Below are positions 25,733-36,990 of a stretch of 64,000 nucleotides of DNA, piece by piece (position 1 is the first letter of the stretch; every line of letters begins with the position of its first letter). Position numbers and translations under genes: made by a program. Under the pieces are notes generated by a model. It worked only from the letters and a program-made list of their open reading frames with translations. It searched no databases and was not told the origin of the DNA. This stretch comes from Hydrolagus colliei (taxonomy: Eukaryota). The stretch spans positions 48,236,001 to 48,300,000 of the forward strand of contig CM068743.1 in the NCBI GenBank assembly GCA_035084275.1, in the 5' to 3' direction.

Positions 25733-27246
25733 TAACAACAATTTATAGAGCGCCCCCCCATGGAGGATAACATCTCAAAGCACTGACTCTAAGCCGGGGT
25801 AGGGGAGGTGATATAAGCACGGTCAAAAAGATTTTCAGGTCGAACGAGAAAAGGGGGAGATAGGAGCTAGGGGGGAAAGGATTGAGGAAAGTTTCAGAGC
25901 TTCGGAGGAGTAGCTGAAAGCACGACCTCCAGTGCTACAAGGATGCGAGGGACAAGCAAGAGCCTGGTGCTAGTCGAGTAGAGGCGCCAGGTAGTGGATT
26001 GGTGATGAGTTCGGAGAGATAGGGAAGTGCCAGGAAGTGAATGGATTTGAACACGAGTTTGAGGATCTTGGAAGTCAATTCGTTCAGTGATGGGGAGCCA
26101 GTGGAACGTGGCCAGTACTTGAGAGATAGGGCTACGTAGTTTGGTCCGGGTATGTATGCAGACAGCAAAGTTCTACATGAGCTGTTTTTAAATAGTGGAG
26201 CTGGGGAGACCAGCGAGGAATATGTTTGAGTAATCCAGGCAGGAGGTGACAAACACATGCATGAGGGTTTCAGCTGCAGGGGTAAGGTCAGAGGCGAGCA
26301 AATGTGGTGGAGGTGGAGGAAGGCGGTCCTGGTCAGGGACCGGATGTGGGTAAGGTAGGACAGCAGGGGATCGAACCAGACGCTTGGATTGCAACACGAA
26401 GGTGAAGTCCTGTAGCTCAGTGGTTAGAGCACATACCTCGCAAGCAAGAGACCTAGGTTCAATTCCAGGCAGGGCAAAACCTTAGGCAAGTTTCCTTACT
26501 CCACACGCCTAATAAAAATCCCTCAAAAAAAAACAATAATTGGTCATTTTCATTCAACAATGGTTTGTGGAACACTGCTGTGAACAATTGGCTGCCATGT
26601 TTCACCCATATATATACAGTCAATTCACTTTACAGTATATTCTGTGAAGCGCTTTGAGATGTCTAGATGACATGATAAGCGCTATATGAAATGCAAGGAT
26701 TATTATTATTGTGCACTGGTTCGGTGAGTCTGAGGGAGAGACTAGGGAGATTAAGAAGCTGGGATGAGCAGAAGTGAAGACATTGACGGGAGCCGAAGAG
26801 TATGGCTTCTATCTTGTCCATATTCAGTTGCAGGAAGTTTTGCCAAGATGAAGTGGAGGCTATTGATTAACTAGGGCTCGAACCATACGAGTGTGGTCCC
26901 ACTAAGGTGGATGAGGGAGGAGAGACGGTGGAGAACTGCAAAGTCAACTGTGTCGAACGCAGTAGAGAGGTCCAGGAGGATGAGAAGGAAGAGGGAGCCC
27001 TGGTTACAGATACAGAGGATCTTTGTGACTTTGATAAGCGATGTTTCTGTGCTGTGGGTAGGGCAAAAACCAGACTGCATGGCCTCAAGCAGGGAGAGGT
27101 GTGACTGAAGTTGACCTGCAACAATGTGTCCAGGACTTTAGCCAGGAAGGGTAGGATAGTAATGGAATTAGAGGGATTGAGGGTGGGCTTTTGGAGGGAT
27201 GTGATAACAGTGGTTTTCAGAGGGAGCCTGGGGAGAGACTGGCAAC
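25733..27246 (-). mobile_element. L2-clade LINE fragment interrupted by a SINE
   Basis: RT motifs QSGF.P.HSTET.L.KV and LILLDLSTAFDTVD (26871-27080), plus TLMHVFVTSCLDYSN; 3' tail at about 25733-25785. Confidence 0.85.
26404..26710 (+). mobile_element. tRNA-derived DeuSINE, full length
   Basis: A box TAGCTCAGTGG, B box GGTTCAATTCC, Deu-like core, L2-like 3' tail and (ATT)n end. Confidence 0.88.
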
Positions 27247-27850
27247 TAGGGTCTTGCGAAATATCGATATATCGCTAAAACCCGATATAATTTTCATATC
27301 GATACGCCGATATAGGTATTTTAAAAATATCGATATCGAAAAGTCGATATATCGAGGTAAAAACTCGGAATGCGCGCACACTGAACTACAAGACACAGAA
27401 TGCTCATCTCTATACACAATGCACAGACCGAGGTGCAAAGCCGCCATATTGTATTCATAGTCCTAGAATACAATATACAGGTATGCAAGTGGTGGTGGGG
27501 GGGGGGGGGGGGGGAGAGACGGCTGGGGGGGGGGGTGAAGGGGAGAGAGATGGCTGGGGGGGTGAGGGGGAGAGACGGCTGGGGAGGGGGGGGGAGAGAG
27601 ACGGCTGGGGAGGGGGGGGAGAGAGACGGCTGGGGAGGGGGGGGGAGAGAGACGGCTGGGGAGGGGGGGGGAGAGAGACGGCTGGGTGGGGGGGGAAGAG
27701 GGACGGCTGGGGCGGTGAGGGAGAGAGAGAGACGACGGGGAGGGAGACGATGAAACCAAGCGGATGTTTTCAATCAAAGGCGAAGTCTCGGACCACTTTG
27801 AATTTGGTGTTTAGTGTGAGGATAGAGATCTAGAGCGGCTGCATAGAGGT
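27247..27850. mobile_element. hAT-like element end with G-rich minisatellite
   Basis: Starts TAGGG followed by a dense CGATAT/ATATCG subterminal region like the 5536-7595 element; (GAGAGACGGCTGGGGAGGGGGGG)n at about 27490-27750; second TIR not found. Confidence 0.55.
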
Positions 27851-28105
27851 GGAAAAAAGTGGTTTTGGGTTGTTTTTGGCTGCCAGGATAACTATACTAT
27901 CAATAGCTACGCTAAACTAACTCAATTAATTAAGATTGGATACCATTGTGCTTCACATTTTTTTATATCAATTTATAAAATTTAATATCCTATTTATGCT
28001 TTGAAACTTGAATACCATTCAGAAAAGTATAATTAACATTTAAATGACCCCATAAATAAAGGCAAAAATTACAAGTGAGCTATAAAGTTTACATAAAATA
28101 TATGT

Positions 28106-28409
28106 GGAGTCCTTTAGCAAGTGGTTAGAGCACTCGACTTGCAAGTGAGAGACCTAGGTTCGATACCAGGCAGAGTGAAACCTTGCTCAAGTTTCCTTGC
28201 TCCACATGCCTGATAATAATCCCTCAAAAAAAATAATAATAAATTGGCCATTTTCAATCTAAAACTGTTTGTGGGACACTGCTGTGCACAATTGGCTGCC
28301 ACATTTCATCCACAAATATACAGTCAATTCAATTAATATATTCTGTGAAATGCTTTGAGACGTCTAGAAGACATGAAAAAGCACTATATCAAATGCATGG
28401 ATTATTATT
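28106..28409 (+). mobile_element. tRNA-derived DeuSINE
   Basis: Same head, core and tail as 26404-26710. Confidence 0.88.
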
Positions 28410-29299
28410 AGAACACACCGAGAATTTCACAGGCCCAACATTTCAAATTAAATGTTCCATTGTGATTTGCTTGGGCCTCTAAAATAAAAAAGTTTGAGAA
28501 TTTCACTTAACTTCCAAGAATGTGTGTGTTATACAGGAATGCATGTATAAATGGAGACTGGAAGAAAATAGTTCATATTTTAAACTTCTCATACTTGAAT
28601 TCTATTAACTTTAAGATGGTCTTAAATCCTTTTGGAACGCAATTTTTAAAAATTGTTATGAAGCTCTAGATGCACACAATTCTAGTAAAACACATTTGAC
28701 ATTTAGCTAATTCTCTCACACTTGAAGTTGAAGTCACTTTCAACTTTTCATTCTCTTCAAAGGGTCAAGCTTCAGTTAGCTTTAGAAAGCTGACAACCAA
28801 TATGGAACAAAGACTGGGGAGGGGGTGGGGCAGAGAAGTAGAACAATTTAAATTGACGATCTCACATGAAGTATATAAGGTTACGAAAATGCACACACAA
28901 TCTAAAACGATGAATCACAGGGCAATAAAATAAAGACAAAGACTTTCCAGGGGTGAAATGTGAAAGATTTCTTAAAGAAGAAATCTATGTAAATCAACAA
29001 TGAAATCCTCAACTGACACTAAGATACACTACTTATTCCTCTACCCCCTCCGACCCCTCACAAAACACACACACATTTAAAATGTTTGTCGGCCTGATTA
29101 TATTGGGATTTAAACGACCGATACTCTTTCGTGGGGAGGAAATGGGGCACTGACGTGATATACAAACCCGGCTCTTTCCCTCACAGAAAGGGGAAGGAAG
29201 GCTGGAGAGGGGAAGAGATGTATTGTATCTATGTGTGTGTGTGCACGCATATAAATATATATAATATATTATAAAGATAACACGACACAGAAAATCCCA

Positions 29300-30480
29300 C
29301 TGGACCCTTAGGGTTGCATTACGTTAGTCCGCATCGACAGACACTTACCACCCAGGTCAAACCTCCGGATTCCCCGTCCCCCTTGGACATCTTTCCAACG
29401 GCTGGCGGTGAATGAAGACGGACCTCGGCGGCTGCAGGGAGGGAGGGAGGGAGGGAGGGGGGCAGGGAGGCAGGCAGGCAGGCAGGGAGGCGAGTGAGAG
29501 AGTGCGGGCGAGACAGGCAGAAAGATCACTTCATATTTCTTTCAATTACATTTCATTTTTTTTAAGAAAGCGCAACACAGGGAGGGTTTTGTGTGTGCGA
29601 GCTCTTTCTCAAACCGTCTCCTCCCTCCCTCAGCCCCTCGTTGGGTTTAATTTATGATAAACAAGGAATCTACATTAACAACAACAGGCGGCGGCCGGTG
29701 GAGCCGCGGGGCGGGGGGTCTTCGGCTTGTCTGCCGGTTGGCAGCTGTTGCCGTGAAGGAGGGACGGGTAGGCCGGAGTGAGTGAGTTTCACACTCACTC
29801 GCAGTCAGTCCGGCGAAATTTTTTTTGCGCGTCGTTGTGAGAAAGAAAGGCGAGAGAACGAGAGAGCGAGAGGCGGGAGGACGCGGCCAGGCCGTGTCAA
29901 GTGATTTAACTTAACAGCCGCGGCGGCGGTTTCTTTCTTCCACCTCCCTCCTCCCCGAACCGGAGCCGGTGTCGCTTAGTTAGTAAAAAAAACACACAAA
30001 TAAAATAGCGGTTTGCATGCAAGGCGCTCCACCGCCGTCGCTCCTCCCTTTAATGCTGAAGTAGAAAGACAGACAGAGAGGGGAGGGGAGCAATGGTGGA
30101 GCGATGGGGACGGAAGCAGGGAGCCGCTCCAGACCTGATTTTAAGCTCTCATGGCGGAGGCAGGCACGGCTCGGCTCGCGCCGCCTCAACCTTCCTCTCG
30201 CGCTTTCAACGGTCGCCGCTCGAGTCGAGCCACGGGGGCTCGCGACCCGCTCCGAGCGAGAGTCCGGCTCGCGCACGCGCACTCTCCTCTGGTCTTTTCC
30301 CCACCACCTGATAAATCAGACCCCCAAACAATGGGGAAGCCAGAGAAGCACTGCGACTGTGCCGCTACCGAACACTCCGCACCAATCAGAATGCTCGTTC
30401 CTCCCACAGCAGCCGATTCCAGCTGAGCCAGACCAATCGACGGGGCCCTTGCAGATGTCAGATCGGCTACACTCCCAGTG
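29300..30480 (-). promoter_or_regulatory. TOP2B: CpG island: TOP2B promoter, 5'UTR and exon 1
   Basis: GC- and CpG-rich block in an AT-rich background, spanning and upstream of the ATG. CCAAT boxes at 30382-30386 and 30433-30437 (inverted relative to the gene) and an NRF1-type CGCGCACGCGCA at 30270-30281. TSS cannot be placed from sequence. Confidence 0.8.
29349..29390 (-). CDS. TOP2B: DNA topoisomerase II beta, coding exon 1 (MSKGDGESGGLTWV)
   Basis: ATG at 29390-29388, 14 codons ending LTWV as in vertebrate TOP2B exon 1 (human ...GALTWV), followed by a GTAAGT donor. Lies inside a CpG island and joins exon 2 in phase 0. Confidence 0.93.
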
Positions 30481-30879
30481 AAGAGGGGGGAAGGGCAAGG
30501 AGCCAGAGCAACACCAGCACAGCAGCGCCTGCTGGAGGGCAGTGAGCTCTAGCTGTCTGTGTGCATCTGTTTGGGGGGTAACTTCAGTTATTGTTGTAAA
30601 AAGTGCATTCCTTTTTATGATTGTAAATAATCCTTGCATTTGATCTGCCGCCTTGAAGGTGTGTCTGGCAGACACTTCATTGAAACAACGACTGTCCAGC
30701 TCCTCGGGACATCTTCCCGACGTGAAAGGCGCTATACGAGTGTAATTTTGTTGTCGTCGTCGTTTCACAATGAAAAGTTTGCGTTTACGTAGCACCTTTC
30801 ACGCCGGGCAGGCGCTCGGCAGTCCTGGCTGTGGACAGGAACCCAGGTGGCCAAAAGCACTGTCAAACAGATGTGTATT

Positions 30880-31050
30880 TCCATTCACACCTTCAAGGGT
30901 GAGGTTAAGATTTTGTGTAGGTCAGGGTATTAAGGGATATGGGGAGAAAGTAGGAAATTACAATTGAAAGGATAACATAAAGGTACAGATTAGCCATCAC
31001 CTAATTAAATGGCGGAACCCGCTCTGGCTGAACGGCCGACTCCTGTTCCT
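30880..31050 (+). mobile_element. CR1 LINE 3' end, degenerate
   Basis: gggtattaagggatatggggag...agattagccat...aatggcgga...gccgactcctgttcct resembles chondrichthyan CR1 3' UTRs. Confidence 0.55.
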
Positions 31051-32194
31051 GCGTCTCAAAACGGACCTTGAACAAGGGGAGGGATGAGTGAATCGGACAG
31101 ACTTCAGGATGCAGTTCCAGAGAATGGGTCGGATGAGCTGAAAGCCTATATGTAAAATGCATAGAAGGTATTTTATGGGGAACATGGCAGCCAATTTGTA
31201 TCCAGTAACTTCCCACAAACAGACATGAAATAAGTGGCCAATTCTGTCTGGAGGATTGTTGGCAAGGACACCAGGAGAAACTCCTTTCAAACAATACATT
31301 CTATTTAGTAAGAATCAATTGGGATTCATTTGTACTATACTGGTTTGCAAACATTAAGGAATGTTTTATTTGATTAAAAAAATTAAAAAAATTATTTTGA
31401 ACTGAATTTTTTTTGTACCCCATCTGCAGCGGTAGTGCCCAGTCAGCAGTGTAAAGCACTTTGAGACGTCCTCCCTACGTGAAATTGGTTACATACATGT
31501 ATATTCTATTACATTTTGTGTTTCTAACATAGAAATCAGATGCAAATTATAGAAAGATAACCTGATTTTGAAAACCTTTCCGGTCAAGAGATCATCCTGT
31601 GAACAATCAAGAGAATAGAAATCAATGAGAACAACACGAATTAATACGGGACATTACACATAGGATAAAGTGCTTCACAGTGAAATATCTATTATTCAAA
31701 ATATCCACACAATACTTGCATTTGATACAGTGCCTTATCACATTGTTGATGTCTCAAAGCACTTCACACGATATCCTATAATGTGTATTGACTGTATTCC
31801 GGAGGGGTAGGTGGGGGGCAGAACACAGCAGTTATTTGTGCACAGCAAGGTTCCACAATCAAGTATGGAGTGAGTGAACAATTTTATTTGGGGGATTGAT
31901 GGCTGGGACACCAAGAGAAACTCCCTTCTCTTTTCGAATAGAGCCATGGGATTTTCTTTTAGTATCCACCTGAACAGAGAGATGGGACCTCAGTTTTAAC
32001 ATCTCATTCGAAGGACAGCACCTCCGACACTACACCATTGCAGTGTCAGTGTGGTCCAACCTTTTGAGTGCCGGATTTCACCTGAGAGATATCCATGCGC
32101 CCCACTGGTAATATTGTTTTTTTCAGCAACATAAAGAATCATATAGAATTTCTGTTTTAAATTGTGTGACTATATTACTTAACAATCATCTCAA

Positions 32195-32458
32195 ATAATA
32201 ATACTCCTTGCATTTGATGTAGCGCTTTTCACTTCTTGACGTCTCAAAGCACTTCACAGAATATACTGTGAAGTGAATTGACTGTATATTTGTGGGTAAA
32301 TGACCAATTTTTTTTTCTTGAGTGACTATTAATAGCTGTTTCTTGAGTGACTATTAATAGCAAATTTAGCAATTTGCTAAGTTAGAGCCCTGCTGGGAAT
32401 TAAACCCACGTCTCACGCTTGTGAGGCGAGTGCTTTAACCACTGCGCTACAGGATACC
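32195..32458 (-). mobile_element. tRNA-derived DeuSINE, internally rearranged
   Basis: Reverse-complement head and tail of the same family; a partial copy also lies at 32735-32877. Confidence 0.75.
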
Positions 32459-33541
32459 AAAGGAGAATGCTACTTTTTTTAAAAAATGTATTAAAGTCAA
32501 AACACAAGATATTGACTCAGCACATGGAGGTCTCAAGAGAGAATGCTCAACAAAACCCAGGTTAACCCATAATTATAAAACTTACAAAGGAACACAATAA
32601 AGATACTTTTGAATAAAAAGATTATTTTGAATGTACCGTATACAATAATTCGTTTTCCCCAAAGGGACCACTAGTGTTTCGGAGACGGAGGTAGTACATT
32701 TAGTTTAAGCAAACCTACCAGTCATGGATTTAAATTACCAAATTATTGTTTTTTGTGGGGGATTATTATCAGGGGTGTGGAGTAAGGAAACTTGCCCAAG
32801 GTTTCCTCCTGCCAGGAATTGAACCCAGGTCGCTCGCTTTCAAGGTGAGTTCTCTACCACTGAGCTACACGATTCCACAATTGCTCAACATTTTGCAACA
32901 TTTACTGACAGTCGAAGTAAGAACCCGTATGCAATCCTTTTAAAGCAGTTTTCAGAGCAATTAACTCAAGTAATTCTTCCTGAACATTTTAATCAATGGT
33001 TCTGATGAAAGATAGTATTATGCAAGACATTAAACAATTAAGACAAGACCTAAATGAAGACCAGTTATTTTGGATTCACTTTCTCTTTAAACCAGAATAG
33101 TTTATAAAAAAGAATATTTCAGAAGAGTGACGTGAATAATCTTCCATGTCAAGAGGCAAAATCTTAATTTGTGAATCAAACTTGTGTAACTGCTACATTT
33201 TCAAATCCTACCTTAGGGCCCAAGGATTCTTGTGCAGGACACCACCAAGATTGAAAAGAGCAGGAGAGGATTAGACAAGGATCAAATAACAGTTAGGCGA
33301 TACCAATCTTATGTTTTAAGACTGAAATGAAGAATTACAAAATGAAGGCATGTTACCCAGATTCTGGATAACAGCTGCAACCATTCCAGTGGAAGTTTTC
33401 TAAAGCTTTCAAAGAGTAACTGGGCATTACATCAGATCATATAATACACAACGTAAAACTGTAGAAAATAAACTTCTCATTCATGTAATATATATGAAAC
33501 ATTCCATGAAAACAAGAAAATCCAGAAAGTGCCAGATTTTT

Positions 33542-33873
33542 GGAGTCTTGTAACTCAGTGGTTAGAGCACTCGCCCGTAAAACAAGACACTTGGATTCTA
33601 TTCCCTGGTATGGGGAATTATTGGGCAAGTTTCCGTACTCCATATGCTGCTGTTTACCTAGCAGTAAGTAGGAACCCAGTTGTTAGTCGATTGGCAAATC
33701 ACTTTTCTGGGGATAATAATCCCTCAACCAAAAAAATGGTCATTCGTTTGCGGGACACTGCTGTGCACAATTGAGTTTACCATCAAGTCACTTTAAAGTA
33801 TATTCCTTTAAACACTTTTGAGATGCCTAGAAGAGGTGAAAAGCATTATATCAAATGAAAGTATTATTATTAT
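33542..33873 (+). mobile_element. tRNA-derived DeuSINE, longer variant
   Basis: Same head and tail with an extra internal segment (gctgtttacctagcagtaagtaggaacccagttgttagtcg). Confidence 0.8.
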
Positions 33874-34677
33874 GATATATTACTGATGACCAACTAATTT
33901 AGCCACAAGTAGAAGGCTTGGAGCTGCAAGTCATCGATTTAAGATGCAGTTGAAGCTCTACAATTAAATTTATCTGTTGCAAAGGAACTGGAGCATTAAC
34001 ACTATTAATTTTCTACAATAAGTTTTACAAACTGTTCACATCATCCTTGCTCGATACTTCAAGTTTTATATTTTGTATAAATTTTTAATAAAAGTAGCCT
34101 CAAGACGCCCGACCATCCCTGAATGTACTTTCAACAACTTGCATTTATATAGCATCCCTCATCCAGAGTAGTGTTGCAGAGCACTTTCAACCAACCACCT
34201 TCCACTTATAATAAAAAATAGTGGGGGAAGGGGGGTGGGGGGAAGAGAAGGTGAAATAGAGAGGTGAGTCAGAGAGAGATACACTTACACAGAAAGAGAT
34301 CTGCAGATCCTGGCAGCCAATGCTCCCAAATTTAATGGCTAGGCTGCGGAGAAGCGACAATAAATGTTATTGTATTTACCTTCATCCTAAGAAAGAAGCG
34401 TTGTCCGTTGGTTGATTGCAACATAGCAGCTGGGTTCTAGTGCTATACGCTATGCTCAACTTGAAAATTTAAACCCGTGGATTTAAATCGCGGATGCGCA
34501 AAACGCGGTTTGTGATGGTTGTCGCAAACCACGGATGCACGAGTTTCATGGTTGGCGAGGCCACGGTTGGGTTGGGATACCTGTACTCTTAACCACTGAG
34601 CTACAGGATTCCATTTATCCCTCCCGCATCAGACTGCACTTAACATTTGTAAAGAGCTTGAGACGTTCACCTTATGT

Positions 34678-34785
34678 AAATAGTTCTGACGAAGGGTTGT
34701 AGACCCGAAACGTTGACTCTTTTTCCTTTCTCCATGGATGCTGCTTGACCTGCTGAGTTTCCCCAGCAACTTCTGTTTGTTTTAT
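34678..34785 (+). mobile_element. Penelope-like element terminal repeat fragment with minimal hammerhead motif
   Basis: CTGACGA-A-GGGT-TGTAG-ACCC-GAAA-C-GTT flanked by complementary AAATAGTT/GACTCTTT, followed by ...gatgctgcttgacctgctgagtttccccagca. Confidence 0.65.
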
Positions 34786-35662
34786 GTAAATAGTGTTGTG
34801 TAAAATAGCCAGCTGTTGTGGCAGGACATGAAAGTGCAGCTCACGCACCCGGAGTATAAAAACTATGCTTAATGTTGGCAAGTGTGCTGCAGTTTATTTC
34901 CCCACAATAATTCTTCTATGAAACACTTCCTAGAGTTGTCTCTTCATTAAGCATCGTATATAATTACCTCATCTCAATCAACCCATTTCAATTAATGACA
35001 CTCTTACTCGGGGTCAGCAGGTTATGGGATCAAGCACTTCCAAGACAATCCCCGTTTCTATCCAGTATTGTCTGAGGTATTGCATTTGGGATAAAAACCT
35101 AAACAAAGTGCCTTAACGCTTGCTCAAATCCATACTATTCAAAGTGTGCTTGTTTTGCTGTCATGGTTAACAATCTTCCAGATAAAATGGTCATTTATCT
35201 CATGGTTGCCAGTGACACCTAGTTGAATGCAATGATTTTTCCTGCAAGAGGACTACACATTACAGTAATTACCTGTGAAACACTGAGCCCTTGATGTCTA
35301 ATTAATTACCTGTGAAACACTTTGAGACTGCTCTTTAATGTGCTATAAAAAGGGCAAGTTTTCTTAATCAAGCAACAACTGCTGAAAACAGCACTTGAAA
35401 TTGAACCCATGAACTAATTGGACAGGGTAAATACAATAACTTGCATTTATATAATTCCCTTCATGCATGGGTCCTGGAGCGCTTGCCAGTGGCAGTCCAA
35501 CCCTGAGCCAGGGGAAGGAGGTGACCATAAGCACAATCAAGCATGATCAAGGATTTGAAAGTGGGGAGGGAGAGGACAAGGTAAAGGGATTGAGTGAGAG
35601 TTCCAGAGCTCCGGAGGGTAGTGGCTGAGGTATCACAGAATGATACCTCGCTTCATTCGAGG

Positions 35663-35899
35663 TAAAGTGAATTGACTGTATATTTTGTGGGCGAAACGCG
35701 GCAGCCAATTGCACACAGAAGTGTTCTACAAACAGTCGTGAATTGAAATGACCAATTAAAAAAATGGAGGGGTTATTTTTTTTGAGGGGTTATGTGGAGT
35801 AAGGAAACTTGCCCTAGATTTCACTCTGAACTGCCTGGAATCGAACCCAGGTCTCTCACTTGAGAGGCAAGTGCTTTAACCACTGAGCTACAGGACTCC
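35663..35899 (-). mobile_element. tRNA-derived DeuSINE, 3'-truncated
   Basis: Reverse complement of the head (ctgagctacaggactcc) and Deu core. Confidence 0.85.
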
Positions 35900-36937
35900 C
35901 AAGTGTTCCAGAGGTTGTGGGCCTAATCTTATTTTGGAGACGTAAAGGCGAGTAGTTCTATGAGCCATTCTGTCCCTAGAATTAGGAATATTGTACGATA
36001 TACAAATATACCATAACAAGCATAAATTTTGCAAGTAATGCAGCCATCAGTATATCAATGGCTAAATAAAATCAGTGATAAATTCTGCATTCTCAACTGG
36101 TTGTGTGAGCAAATGGGCCACAGTAATAAATAATACATAGGCAAGAACACACAATAGTTAGAACCATCAATAGTTAGAACAAAGGGAAGTGCTAATGGAG
36201 CATGTGTAGCATGTAAGAAGCTACATCAGTATTGATACAATAAAATTACATTTGTATGGTGTCTTTCGCGTTGGGAGGGCGTCTCGTGATACAGGCAGAC
36301 GTTAGCCTTTTTAAGAGTGGGCAGGCATCTAGACATGGCCAGAAACCAGATGTACTGCACTGTGCAATCATGCAGCGCTAAGATGCGTTGGTGAAGGGGG
36401 GCGGGGGGAAGAGGAGGGCGGGAAGAAGAGCACTAAGACAGTTCATGGTAAAAGAGGGCAGGCAGACAACATATTTAGAAACAAAAGTCACCTCCATTTT
36501 AAAGGGAAGATACATTTTAAACAGCATCTGCATTAAATAAAAAGTAGATGTTGAGATTTTAAATTAACCAATTCTAAAATTCAAACAGATTAGTGAGTGT
36601 TTCCATTAATTTTAGTTTGTGCTTCTCCAGTAGACTGGATAGTTTTTCCATAGCGCAGTCAATGGACACTCTTGAAATTTTTGAGAGCTCTTACATCAAT
36701 GCTGCAGATTATATAGAAAAAAAACATTGATTCAGTCGATTACAAGTCAAGAAATTGATACCAGGGCATTCTTATTGCCCATTAAAGAAGCAAAATATGA
36801 AAGGACAAAGATGCACAAAGATCTCCCATCTAGTTAACTAGAAAGAAAACAAAAATGTGCACTAGTTCAATCTCATATATAATTTTTTTTAGGATTAGTT
36901 GATACATGCAATCTTTAACAACTTTTGTTTTAACAGC

Positions 36938-36939
<2 letters not shown>

Positions 36940-36970
<31 letters not shown>

Positions 36971-36990
36971 GGGTGGGGGTGGTGGTGGAA
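36940..36990 (+). repeat. (TG)n followed by poly-G/(GGT)n tract
   Basis: Directly visible. Confidence 0.85.

Noticed and set aside
29980-30795. Overlapping ORFs of 70-159 aa upstream of TOP2B
   Set aside because: Expected in GC-rich CpG-island sequence; no domain motifs, and one runs through an L2 tail.
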